From Octopus vulgaris (Eukaryota), in assembly GCA_951406725.2 (NCBI GenBank), contig OX597815.1:170748001-170812000 (forward strand): a stretch of DNA of 64,000 bases, read 5' to 3'. The position numbers were made by a program, and so were the translations under genes. Positions within the stretch are counted from its first letter, which is position 1; each line of letters starts with the position of its first letter. Shown here in pieces: positions 51,131 to 64,000 of this stretch. The notes below the pieces were generated by a model. That model ran no database searches. It was not told the DNA's origin and was given only the letters and a program-made list of their open reading frames with translations.

Positions 51131-51884
51131 TTTCAGCAGCCGGGGTGTTTGTCTCCCCTTCGTATAGGTATATAAGGACACAGGGAAAAATGTGTCAAAG
51201 CCATCAGGAGGCGTTCGATGCTTCCTAGGGCTATACAGCGGTGGTGTACCCCCTACTGTCACGTTCTTGTTAGATTGACAGTATACAACCATTCTATCGC
51301 CCCACCACCGTACATGTCTCTACGAGAGATTTAGAAATTCAATATTTCTTATATATATATATATATATACGCGTGTGTGTATGTATGTAGGGACAATTCA
51401 CAAAAAAAAAGACGAAGACAGGTGGTGTAGACAACAAACAGATGTATTAGTATAATGTATGTAGATATGTATATGTGTGTGCTCGAGTGTGTGTGTACGT
51501 GTATGTGTGTGGTTCAAAATCATTTTTTTTTCCCAAGATGATCAACTCTCTCTCAAGCTCCTAGTATGATATAATTTACAATCTACTCCACAGAATTTAA
51601 GACTAAGCTTAAGGCGACTGTCAAATAATTAGCCAATCTGTGTATACATAGATTACTTGTAATTATATGGCCGCTGTCAGCAAAATCCCACGAAGATACT
51701 TGATCTAATACGCCATTTCATTCAACATATAAACAGAAAGTTTAGCCTTGAGCAATGTGCAAAAACAGTTGGAAGAAAGTGTAATAATGAAACATTTTAT
51801 AATAATTATCATTGAATTTAAATTCAATTTATTACTATGCTTAATATTAATTTACTGTACCTCGGTAAGAAGGAAATATCCATT

Positions 51885-52070
51885 TCTACCCTAGGTATAA
51901 GGTCCGACATTAGTTTGGTTGGGAGCAGTCGATTAGATCGACTCCAGTACGCAAGTGGTACTTAGTTTATCGATTCCAAAGGCAGAGTCGACCTCGGCAG
52001 AATTTGAACTCAGAACGTGAGATAGATGAAATACTTCTAACGTACTAACGTTTCTGCAAGCTCGCCGCCT
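51885..52070 (-). mobile_element. SINE family A
   Basis: GTCGACCTCGGCAGAATTTGAACTCAGAACGT..AGCTCGCCGCC. Confidence 0.8.
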
Positions 52071-53922
52071 TAAAAGAAAGTGAGGAGAAAGTATTGATAG
52101 CGTTTCAATTGCCTGAAGGAAATGCACTTGTGTAGAGAAGAGGTGGCATTAAACGTTGAGGTAAAGGATACTTTTCTTTAAAATTGCTTTAACTTCTTTT
52201 CGTGGTTGAAAAAGAGATTCGTTCATTTAAGACGTTTGAAGAGGTAGTATTAATCATGAAGACAAAACATCGCCCTTTCCGGAATACTGAGCTGTTCTGA
52301 GACTTCAGTCAACAGTTATGGGAACTATAGATTGACAAGGTAATGTATGAATACTAAACGAAATATCAAATTAACGACGAAGCAAAAGCTTACTTGAAAT
52401 AACAGTCAATACAATATTCTCTGCATTTCTAACCTACTCTCTTAAAAAAGGGAGAGACTGCTCTTAATATTGTAGTTCCCAATGCATTATTCCTGATTAC
52501 AAATGAAAGCATAGTCACAGCTTTAACCTTTTTGTTAATATGTTAGCTCAGTCAGGGCTAACGTGGGCTTAAAGCATAACAGTGATCAAAGTGAAAGCCT
52601 TTGCATTTCTTTTCGACTTCGTTGTACATTAAGATCGCTCTATAATCATTGAGAGATCGGATCAAATATATCCATGGCAATACTCATATAACAACAAGGA
52701 ATTATAATATAAATGAAACTGATGATGGTTGCATAAGATAATTTATTGACCAAAATTTCATTATTTGATGCTGCGTTAATATGCATGTCATATAATTACT
52801 TTGAATTCACTATAAAATAATTAGGCAAGTGGAGTAATATATCTCGTTATATCGTGTCACATCACAACACAATATTATGGAAGTGATCGGTCTGAAGTCA
52901 TTTAGGAAGGAGTTATGAGAGCTAACAATTAAATTACCTTTAATCACACTCTATCGCGTTACAAGAAACCTATGAGATATTCGATAAGATATATAAAAGA
53001 ACAGAATAGAATGTCTTTCACAATAGATATGCTTAATCAGTGTTTATTTCATGCCTACCAAAACAAACAATAATCACTAATCGTATTGCTACTTCGTAGA
53101 CCTCCTAGCAAACGGGTGTCACCACTAATCACACAATATAATTACGTAATTACGTTGTGGACTGTTACACTCAGATTTTACTGATAGAATCTCTTAAACA
53201 AGATAAAGTCTTACACAGTTAATAACAAATCTGAATATTATTACCGTTTATAACTTTCAGAAATCATAATAGCGATGACAGATAATACTATTGGCATAGT
53301 AGACATAGTTATAAAAGTGCAGACTTCGGAAATAATGGTGTAGACAGGACTACAAGCAGAAATACTGCTGTTAAGTAACTAATTCAAACAATGCGATAAT
53401 GTTATTACAGCTCTTAGTAATGTAAACACAATAAACATGAACAGTGTTTCTTAGAAATACAAATATTCAAGCAATGATTCTAACAATTCTAAAGCAATAG
53501 CGAGGACTCCATGAATTCCCAACAGAGACATATAGAACTAGTGTCATGAATTTTCTGTCGAAATAATTCCCTCAACAGATTATAGGATTCTTTTATGATA
53601 ACTGAATTCATACAGATATTCAGTATATTGATAAACACCACCGAAAACAGAACATGGAATGGTTCTCCGCGGATTTTGTTGCCAAGACTACACCTGAATT
53701 CGCTTGAAATTACGCCCACAATATCGTGATGGAGACTTGATGAACAGGTTTGAAGTGTGTTTTTTGTTTGTTTTTTTGGTGGGGGGGACTATTAAACATC
53801 CATCACTACCTACAACAAAAGAGTAACAAGAAACAATTATTTGAGGAAGAATCTCTTATGAAACATAATATAGCAAAATCCTCAATTCATGAGTGGTATT
53901 TTATAAGATGTCACTTTTGACT

Positions 53923-53998
53923 CTGTCAATCAAGTATGTAAATTAGGTCTGTCAATCAAGTTTATAAATTGGCTATGTCAATCAAGTTTGTAAATTGT
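53923..53998. repeat. 26-bp tandem repeat x3
   Basis: (C/A)TGTCAATCAAGT(A/T)T(G/A)TAAATT units. Confidence 0.9.
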
Positions 53999-56691
53999 TC
54001 AAATACAGCGATCTCAGCTCTAGTTTAATGACTTGATTATATTTCTGGGTTGCAACCAATAAGAGATGCTACTATTAGAACTTGACTACCAAAGATTTAG
54101 AAGAATGTAGATATCACAGTATAGAAATTTGTCACACAATAGCATATGTATTCAATACGAAATAGTAGTGATAACATGAATTACAAAATCAGCATCTACA
54201 TAACTAAAGAGATGCATCATATATTCTGAGTCTTCTACTCCATGTTGAAATTATTGAAGTAGTTCTAAGCCAGAATCTGCAACATCGAACAGTATCTACG
54301 TCAGATATGTAACACATGTGCATATAGTTCCACTGAAAAAGGATACCTGGTTAATCTACAATGAATTAAGCTGTCCAACGGGAAAATTACAAATTCGATA
54401 GTGAAATTTCAATGAATTCTGTCCTGGCTACCTGCAACACCGACATCGTTTCTCGGCGTAAATTGGGTGTTTACATCGAGTAACACTGCAAATGGCCCTC
54501 AACTATCTACAAGCCCTAACATAACTATAAGATCATGTTCGGTTTGGTAAACTTTGGATTTGAAATAAATTTGAATGCCAGTGCAACAATTATATTTTAA
54601 TATATAGTAAATGCTAATTTCAATTCCCTTCAGTTACGTTGCTTGCTTACGTTCTTCTCATTTACAAATTCATTCTGAAACAGTAGAATCAAGAGAAATT
54701 AAGGATGGATGGTCTGCGTGGGCAAATGATAATTATATTTTAAAAATTACAAAGTAAACAAGTGAGCTTTATGTTAAATAGAGCATAGATGTAATTTTTC
54801 GGTTAGTTCCTTTCATCGTATCATCATAGTTTTATCCCTTAGTTACAAAAGCATTTGTTTTGTTACTGGTAATAAAAACAAAATGTTGTGTGAACGTTAT
54901 ACACAAGATTTCTGACCACCTAAGTAGAGATGATTGGTGTACGTATTTTATAAACTTTTACTAGGAAATACGAATGTAGAGGAAGAAAGAAAGGAGAAAA
55001 TTATCACTGCTATAAGCACAATCACCGTAACAAACCGAAAATGTTAAAACCTATATATGTAAATAACAGAAGGCACTGCTTTTATATAGGTAGATATCCG
55101 TAAATAACATTACCTCGTTCGGAACAAATCCATATATCTTAGCGTGTTCAAATATTCTACTGAAATCGTATAAAAAATACACTCATACCACCTACACAAA
55201 GATTTCTGTAGAGACTTCAGTTTATACAGCTCAATAACTTACCCTTTTCTTCTTTCCTCAATTCATCATCATTATCATCATCATCCCGCCCACCACCACA
55301 CCATCACTTTCGTTATCCTAGTAAATATCCTGATGTCTTTAAGAACTAGAGGATTATTTTTTCATTCAATAAATAAAGATGCAAAAATATAAATAAATGA
55401 AGAAATAAATAAACAGATATATAACACAGCATAAGAGCAACGGCTGAGTTTCATGATTAATATTGATTTTACGTTCGACCATTCTGATACCATTTATGTA
55501 CAATTTCTTTAGGTAGCTTTTAAAATGATATTGTGCATTTATAAAGTAATGTATGTCATCTATTTAAGTAGCTTTATACATTATGATCAAGTAATTAATT
55601 TTAAAAACAATCTCTGGCAAGTGTCATTTAGCGAAATGTAAGCACCATACAAATTTAGTTTCTCGGTCACAAAAAGCTAACTTTCCTTCTCACAGACAGA
55701 AGGCTTTTTTCCAGGTTATAGATATAGCGCATATGTGCCGAGGTGTAGCTGAAAGGAACCATAAGATTACCTACTATCTAGCAATTATCTGGTTAATTAA
55801 TTAATGTTTCGTTAACTTACAGTGGTGAGTGTAGTCCTCATACATATTTTTGTGGGAGCAAAGGGGTTTATCGGCTGTTATTTCTGTCAGTTGTGCTTAC
55901 AATATAGAGGTCACCTGCGTTAGGTTATGCATACAAGCAAACTTGCATAGGAGAATATGGTATGATTTGAGACAGATTTTGGTTAATAAAAATAAGATTC
56001 ATGTATGTGGAAGACTATAAAATAAAATTTGAAGATTTGTTAACATGTTGATGCTACGAATTCTAAAAGACCGAAATCAAATTACGACTTACAAAAACTG
56101 CCATAGGTGATAGTTACAAAAATATTTAAAAAATCCGGCGCCAGCGATCTCCCTTGCTAATTCTCCCTTATTTCTCAGTTGTCTTGAAATCACTTACTTT
56201 CTATCACTCTATACCACTATTTCAGAGAGAGATACGAAAAAAGAAAGAAGCTTTAAATGAGCGCACAGCCGTATTTTCGAATCTTTCCTTTAATGACATT
56301 ACAACATCTTTCAGCCTTTAAGCGTCACTGTTTTTTTGCGAATACTTCCCCATTTTAATTTTCTGTCTTTTTTAATCTATAATACTTTCTTAACAAATAG
56401 TTGAGTGCGATGTCAGCAGTTATTTTTCAAAATAAATGTCGTATATAAATTTCCTGTGAAGCGGCAGAAAATATATATATAGTTTGTTTTAAGAGTTTTC
56501 GTTTTCTAGTTACTGAATACTGAAAATTCACAGTAAAATTCTTCAGAAATTGCTTAATGATAACATTATACAGCGGCGTTTATTAAATTCATTTATAACT
56601 CAAATCGATTGGAATAAAGTAAAATTATTCACTTGAATGTTTACAATAATGATTATTTGCTCCAATCATAACATAGCAGAGAGAACTGAAT

Positions 56692-56746
56692 AAATGGTTG
56701 CTAAACATTTTTTGAGAAAATGGTTGCTAAACATTTTTTGAGAAAA
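56692..56746. repeat. 26-bp tandem duplication
   Basis: AAATGGTTGCTAAACATTTTTTGAGA x2. Confidence 0.9.
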
Positions 56747-58910
56747 TTATCTTTATAGACAGTGTAAGTATGCGAATAATCTAAAGCTGTTTCAACAAAT
56801 GCTTAAAAACACCTGAATAATAGATTTTGATTCTATTACAAGTTGATAAAATATAAAATTTAAATCCTGGATAGTTTGTTTAAAATCTAACTCGACGACA
56901 ACTTGCTTAGTACCTTTTTCAAAAACAGTTTTCAACTTTGCGCTTCCTTCCTGTGTAGGAATTTACTTATCACAGATAACATCAAATAATTTCTAATAGA
57001 AACAATGAGGAAATGAATCGCAATTTCGTTGACATAAGCTAGAGGATATTACACAAAGACAAGTAATATGAAAACTATTATCTGTGTGATGTTAACTTTG
57101 AATGATCTAATGCTACTGCACAACCAACGAAGAGAATATGGAACTGGCGCAGCTCTGCGATTAAGAGGTTCGATTTCCAACAAAGTGATCTCACGTTCGA
57201 CACCTCTGAGTTACACTTTTGGGGAAATTTCTCCTAGAACAATTTTATGTCTATTAAAGCCTTAGATTGACAGAAACATTGCAAAATATAAACTCGATAA
57301 AGATAACCGAAAAATGTAACTTTATTCAATTTCTGACTAGCTGTCCATAGAATAAAAACCCTAAGGGTTTTTCCCTATTTAAAGCACTTAACAAGATTTT
57401 TCACAATACTTAACAGACATAGGTTAACTACATCGCTTGCCATGCGTTTTCTCCAAATCGGCTGAATTTGAATCTAATACCATCTGAACGAGTGCCTTTT
57501 TCTTCGGTCTTGAAGATAATGAGCTTATTTGACCAGCCTAATGAAATGATTGTTCCAATGCAATATACTGTCCAATGGATATATTATCAGGCAGTATACC
57601 CATGTTTCATTTAATATCTATGTCGAATTTTTAATTTAGTCTTTTGGTTTCCTACACCAAACTTATGTCGCAACACCAAAATATTATAATAGCTTGTAAA
57701 TTTTGTTTTGTCGCTTCATGTTTTACACCCGGTTAAAATGAATCCACGTGTAGAGGTCATATTTGTACTTTCACTCTTAGTTTTTAACAGTGAATCTCGA
57801 AGCAGACACAAAGCTAGAAATAACAGCATTAAGGTCAAAAACACTTTTGGGACTCGAATTCACATCTTCAGTAAAGATGATGGGCATTCTACCATTAGAC
57901 CAAGCAATCTGTAAAATTTCCTTATCCAATTTAGAAACTTTATTCTTAATAATATATAAATATTTCCTTGGTAATATTTATAATTTTATGTGTGCTTCGA
58001 GATCCAATGTTCAAGAGACTAAAAAGAAAAGAAGATATATTTTTAGATCATGTGTGCCTTATGGTCTACACAACGGGACACACACACAGAGGCACGTGCG
58101 TATTTGTATGAGTATGCGTGTCAAAGTAAGTTGGTAAAACTTGGCGCGGTGCTGCAGAAAGTACGTTGTGCTTTGTGTCATTTCATTCTGTATTGGTTGT
58201 TATTCACTCTAATTCGGATTCGTTAAAATTAATATGCATAATTACATTTTGTTTAAATATTTAAATACTTGAATATTTAAGGGGTATGTGTACTTGCTCT
58301 TTTCTCACACTTTTTGTACTTACTCTACCAGAATACCACTTCCTTTTCTGTCTGGCTTAAAGAATTGACTCTTTTTACCTCCCTTGCCCAATCATAGCTT
58401 CATCTTCACATGATGAGCTCATATCACCGACTTTTTATCTCTTTGTACCTCATTTCTTTCGGCCGTTTCGTAACTCTCCACACCACCCAACATCATTCAT
58501 TTATGTCAAACTTCTGTGGTTAATAAACAGAGTAACAACAAAATGTTCTCTCTCTCATTCTCTCTCTCTCTTTCTCTTTCTCTCTCTCCCTCTCACTCTC
58601 TGACAAAGTATAAGAACCCGAAGCGTTATATGCTTTACTCAAAGTTATTGAGCTAGCCTATTAAATATTCTATAAAAGAATTGCTGCAGCTACCATTGTC
58701 CTCAGATTCATTATTTCTCCTATAATATATTCTTATTATATATTTGCTACTGTTTACTTGCCGGTCAGCTCTAATCCATCAAATCTACGAAAAAATACTT
58801 TCCAGTGGTACAAGCCCCGACCATTTTTTAGATGTAAGATATGTAACACTACATAATCTTATGTGTGTTTGGTGCCTCGTGAATGCAATGATAAAATCTA
58901 TTGTAATATG

Positions 58911-59230
58911 AGGCGTAACTAATTTTGCTTCCGGGTTCATTTCTACTGTGTTTCTTCTATTATAGCCCCGAGTCGACCAAAGCCTTGTAAGTAGATTTGG
59001 TATTCTGCATTTATATATGTGTATGTGCGAGTGTTTGTGAGTGTGTGTGTATCTTGATGTTTCTGTTTGCTCCCATCACTACTTGGCAACCGGTGCTGGT
59101 TGGTTTGCTTACAACCCCGTAACTCATCGGTTCGACAAAAGAGACGATAGAATACGTACTGGGTATTGATTCATTAGACTAAAACCCTTCATTGGCCGTA
59201 GAACAATTACGGAAACAAGTCAACGATAAA
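58911..59230 (+). mobile_element. SINE family B (decayed)
   Basis: CCGGGTTCA..TATAGCCCCGAGTCGACCAAAGCCTTG..GATTTGGTA plus the 3' module. Confidence 0.7.
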
Positions 59231-59513
59231 AGAATGATAAAAGCTAAGGAAGAGGTAAAGAGAGATAAGTAGTAAAGGAACATAAGAAGTAAAGAAAGAT
59301 AAGAAGTAAAGAATGATAAGACGATTTGCTGACGCTTTGTTATGAAGTAATAGACCTGAAGGAGAAGACTTTAACCGATTGAATTGTCATCCTGTAAATG
59401 AATTGAATTGACATCCTGTACAAATTAAATTGCTTCTTCCTTGTAGCTTGAAATCAGAACAGAATATTTACAGCAATAACCTTATAAGAGTAATATGGAG
59501 GAATACACATAAC

Positions 59514-59514
59514 G

Positions 59515-59579
<65 letters not shown>

Positions 59580-59630
59580 CATAATAATAATAATAATAAT
59601 AATAATAATTATAATAATAATAATAATAAC

Positions 59631-59681
<51 letters not shown>

Positions 59682-59683
59682 AA

Positions 59684-59733
<50 letters not shown>

Positions 59734-59750
59734 TAATAATAATAATAATA
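59514..59750. repeat. Long (TAA)n tract
   Basis: About 235 bp of TAA. Further spacer tracts at 60290-60353, 60526-60636 and 62465-62520. Confidence 0.98.
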
Positions 59751-60289
59751 AATGCCCTAATACAGTACCAGGCAGTGGCTCTCTTGGCTTCTGATCTTAA
59801 CTGATTGGAAGTGTTAGCATGTACATTGTTTAGACTTGGTATGAAAGATGGGCTACAGCAAACATTCTGCTCAGTACCACAGATTTGCTTGTCAGTTGTT
59901 TGACCTTAACCAGTGGCTGACAATATATGCATCTCTGATCACGAGCAGAAGTAGTAGGGGAGCATCATAGCCATATGTTGAGAGGGATTGTTTGGGGTTT
60001 CAATAATTCACCTCTGGAAACATGGGTGTTTCGTTCAACATCCTTAAACAACCCTTATTCATGAACCTTTTGAGCGGAATGGGTTACTCGACCAGAATAA
60101 AATACTAACTGGGCCCCACCTGCAAGGTCATGTGATTTTATCTTGATATGAGATCACCATGTTGCGCACATAAGGTTGTGATGCATGTGCCTAGTGTACC
60201 CTTATCAAACGGGTAGTCATGATGGGTATACTGGGGTTCGTATATCTTACCCCAGTGTCACTTTGATGGCATGCACTGCTCTCTCATTC
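59751..60289. mobile_element. Non-coding about 540-bp insert in the (TAA)n array (probable non-autonomous retroelement)
   Basis: Bounded on both sides by TAA repeats. No recognisable LINE ORF. Hairpins such as ACTGGGG/CCCCAGT and GAAACA/TGTTTC. Confidence 0.55.
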
Positions 60290-60339
<50 letters not shown>

Positions 60340-60353
60340 CAACAACAACAACA

Positions 60354-60636
<283 letters not shown>

Positions 60637-62293
60637 GACTCACTTTCACCTTTAATATTCTGCATAGCCTTAATACCTCTTACAAGTGAATTAAACAGAA
60701 CAGGTTATGGGTATAAAATTGCCAATAAAAAAATAAGCCATCTATTTTATATGGATGACTTAAAACTTTATGGTAAAGACAATAATGAACTTGAAGGCCT
60801 ATTGCGCACTGTGAAAGCATTCAGCGATGACATCGGGATGGAGTTTGGACTTGAGAAGTGTGCCAAGGCCACTTTCCAGAAAGGGAAAGTGAAGACCACA
60901 AATTCAGTCGTGTTAGATGTTGACACAGTCATAAGAGAGCTTGAGCAAGAACAAACATACAAATATTTAGGGATAAATGAAGGCTCTGGTATTCAGCATG
61001 CAAGCATGAAAGAGGAGATCAGGAAGGAATGTTATAGGAGAGTTCGTGCAGTCCTGAAATCTGAACTAAATGCACGTAGCAAGGTGTTAGCTATAAATTC
61101 CTTAGCAGTTCCAGTTGCTACTTATAGCTACAATGTGTTGAACTGGAATATGAGTGAAGTAAAGAATATAGATAGGAAAATACGCAAGCTGCTGAGTTGT
61201 AATAGGATGCACCACCCAAAGGCAGACGTAGATCACCTTTACCTTCCCAGAGCCCAAGGAGGTCGAGGCCTGATCCAATTTGAACTAGCTTACAAAACAA
61301 CCACAATTGGACTGGCCAAATATCTCGAAATATCGAATGACTGGATGCTAAAGCTCGTGGAAAATCACGAGAGACGAAAGAAGCTTCATTCTATCACAAA
61401 GGAAAGCAAAAAATTTGCTATTGATCTCGTGCAGGATACCCAAACAGAACAACCCGAGGGAAGTACGGCAATTATTGTTGCAAAGAAGGTGAAAATAATG
61501 GCAACGAAAAAAGCGCACGGGCAATTGGCTGATAGGTGGGAGGAGAAACGGCAAATATGTGACCCGCAGCAAACAAGCTGATGTTGACCAGAAGCAAACC
61601 CATCAGTGGCTGCGGAGCTCAGGGCTAAAAGCAGAGAGCGAAGGTTTCATCCTGGCTGCTCAAGATCAAAGCCTATTAACCCGGAACTACCAGGCCAATG
61701 TGATGAAAAATGGAGCAGACCCAAAATGCCGATTCTGCAACGACATGATTGAAACAGTGGACCACCTAATCTCTGGATGTAAAGTCTTAGCTCCAGTGGA
61801 GTATAAATTAAGACATGACAGAGTTGGCCAATATCTACACTGGCTAATAAGTCGGCATTACAATATCAAAACTGCCGACAAGTGGTATAATCACCACCCT
61901 GAGGCTGTAACTGAAGGAGAAAATGTGACCATTCTGTGGGACTTTCCAGTACATACAGACCGAACCATCAAGGCCAATAAACCAGATATTGTTGTGAAAG
62001 ACCAAAACAATAAAGTTTGCTTATTGATCGACATGAGCATCCCCTGTGATCATAATATCTCAGCGAAAGAGTTTGACAAGCTCAGAAAATATAAAGACCT
62101 ACTCATTGAAATTGAGAAAATGTGGCATCTCAAGTCGGTTACAATACCAGTGATCGTAGGAGCACTAGGAATGATCAAGAAGGGAACCGAAAATTATATG
62201 AGAATGATCCCTGGCTTACCATCCCTGCAAGAAGTGCAAAAGATTGTCTTAACTGGTACATCACACGTATTGAGAAGAGCATTGTCGATGTGA
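60637..62293 (+). pseudogene. RT-RLE polyprotein fragment with one frameshift at about 61550
   Basis: ORFs 60751-61581 and 61559-62293 join at WEEK|GKYV, consistent with a small deletion. Confidence 0.9.
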
Positions 62294-62463
62294 GAACTGT
62301 TGCTGCTCGTGTATTTTAATTTAACTTAAAAAATAAAAAAAAATTAACGAACTATTGAGTTTGGTTTAATGGCCTACCAATGTATACTATGAGTTTCTTT
62401 GCCCTAGGAGTCGGGAAGACACTCGGCAAGAAATGGAAGCAAATTTGAAAGAAGAAAAAAAAA

Positions 62464-62464
<1 letters not shown>
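60637..62464 (+). mobile_element. 5'-truncated R4/Dong-type LINE, family C
   Basis: Starts inside RT motif (G)DSLSP; YMDD, YKYLG, GGRGL, CRFC..HLISGC (CCHC), RHD, KPDIVV..LIDMSIP..K..KY (RLE). Flanked by (TAA)n. Confidence 0.95.
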
Positions 62465-62549
<85 letters not shown>

Positions 62550-62582
62550 AAGAAGAAGAAGAAGAAGAAAAGAAAAAAAAAA

Positions 62583-64000
62583 AACACCGGGGGACGGAAG
62601 AAGAACACCGGGGGACGAAGAAGAACACCGGGGGACGTTTAAGATGTAAGAAGGAAAATACAGAGCTCCGAAACATCGAAAACAAGGACATCCTATGGAG
62701 CCAAAGATTTACTAACAAAGAATTGGACTGTATCCGAGTAAGTAATACTAATTGAAATTTATTACTATTTTCGAAACGAAATGATGTATTTTGACTCGAT
62801 ATCATCTCCACCTCTAACACAACACATGTAAACATGCGTGGAACATCACGATCATCCCCGACCCCAAACACCATGTACAAAGGAACTACGAAGAAATTAA
62901 ATGCCACCGATATTATTCAACCCAAGAATAACAATCGAGCGGTACGTACATTAAACTTACAACAAAAAATGTACGAAAAACTACACGTGCGAAATAATGT
63001 GACAACAGAAATGAACGGACCGGTACCCTACGAAAATGACGACCGTCAAAATAATGAACCGGACGTTGTAACTCATGTCCCGCAAATAAAACCCAAAAGA
63101 CGTAAATGGACACGTGAGGAATACATTTCTATCTTACACGCATACTTCACAGCAGTGCTCTATCCAAAAAATGAAAATACAACAACACATACATATAAAA
63201 TATGGAAGGAAAATAACAGAGATATAGACTTGGATACAGCAATGAACCCTAATAAATTAGCTAACGTACGAAGATACATTCTCAACACAAAAAAAATATC
63301 AGAAATAGAAATAGAGCATCTAAAAGAAAAAATACACCAGGAAAATGTAGATAGAAGCCACACAACAATGCCCAATAATATAAACACTGAAACTGTTAAA
63401 ACACAAAGACAAACGCAACATTCCCAACAAACACGATGTAAACAATGAAGGGGAGCCTAATGATTATGATAATATATAAAATAAAATAATCAAAGAACTG
63501 AAAACCACAGAGCTCAAAATGGACCACCGACCATACCTCCCAAGAATCAAAATAGACGAAATAACAACACCAATTATAAATAGCATAAACCTAACCGTCA
63601 CGGAACTAATGGCCACTGAAACAAAAAGTGATATCACTGAGCTAAATGACTTAATATACGCAGCAGCCACTGCAGCCACAAAAGAAGCTGGATACTCACT
63701 CAAACCCACTCAAACAGGAGTACCACCACCCAAACAAACCCTGTGGATAAATAACATCCAAAACAAAATAAAAAAAATTTGAAAAGATCTGTCGATTCTT
63801 AATGAAATCAGCAAACAATCAACGCTACTGAGCAACAAAAAGAAAACAAAAATACTCCGCAAATATAACATCACAGAGAAAGATTTGCCTGAGATAAAAG
63901 AAAAGCTGAAGCAAGATATCCTTGCCAAAGCACAAAGGATCCGCCGGTACGAGAAACGCCAACGCTTCTTTGAACAAAACAAAAAGTTCAACTCCAACCC
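62583..64000 (+). mobile_element. 5' end of an apparently full-length R4/Dong-type LINE (continues past the window)
   Basis: 5' UTR, then ORF 62834-63448 with RRKWTREE..KLANVRRYI..SEIEIEHLK (typical N-terminus of RLE/R4-like elements), followed by stop/frameshift-broken frames (ITELNDLIYAAA..; AQRIRRYEKR). Confidence 0.8.

Larger units (their letters stand above)
50252..51352. mobile_element. 363-bp hammerhead-containing repeat: about 1.7 tandem copies followed by about 1.35 inverted copies (non-LTR retrozyme-like)
   Basis: Unit starts at 50252 and 50615. Inversion junction at about 50862. Inverted copies run to 51352. Flanked by (TA)n(GA)n and (TA)n. Copies are nearly identical. Confidence 0.9.

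Noticed and set aside
50153-51292. Repeated ORF MVVYCQSNKNVTVGG..
   Set aside because: The frame differs between copies because of 1-nt indels and there is no domain signal. It is a by-product of the repeat.
53923-53998. CRISPR-like short repeats (also 62583-62637)
   Set aside because: No unique spacers, no cas genes, and a eukaryotic context.
61540-61585. Programmed frameshift between two LINE ORFs
   Set aside because: R4-type elements have a single ORF. The junction lacks the expected residues before GKY, indicating a small deletion.

Overview
AT-rich, microsatellite-dense eukaryotic genomic DNA. The SINE/LINE repertoire suggests a cephalopod (Octopus-like); this is an inference. I can support no host protein-coding exon, and almost all short ORFs in the track are microsatellite or SINE artefacts. 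Content: (i) two arrays of R4/Dong-type non-LTR retrotransposon pieces (RT, CCHC knuckle, restriction-like endonuclease) stacked head-to-tail inside (TAA)n tracts, at 0.3-3.2 kb (minus) and 59.5-64 kb (plus); (ii) decayed RLE-LINE, RTE, mariner and piggyBac-type MITE fragments; (iii) many tRNA-derived SINEs of about three families; (iv) most interesting, several sequence-unrelated, non-coding, highly structured short elements that each carry a type I hammerhead ribozyme motif with a palindromic stem III. These are at 33.6, 44.7 and 48.9 kb, plus three copies in a 363-bp tandem-plus-inverted array at 50.2-51.4 kb, with further decayed relics elsewhere. Most sit in (TA)n tracts. They look like non-LTR retrozymes or Penelope-type pseudo-LTRs, and several independent families share a non-canonical CCGANGA (U4->C) core. 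All folds were read by eye; none was computed or tested.
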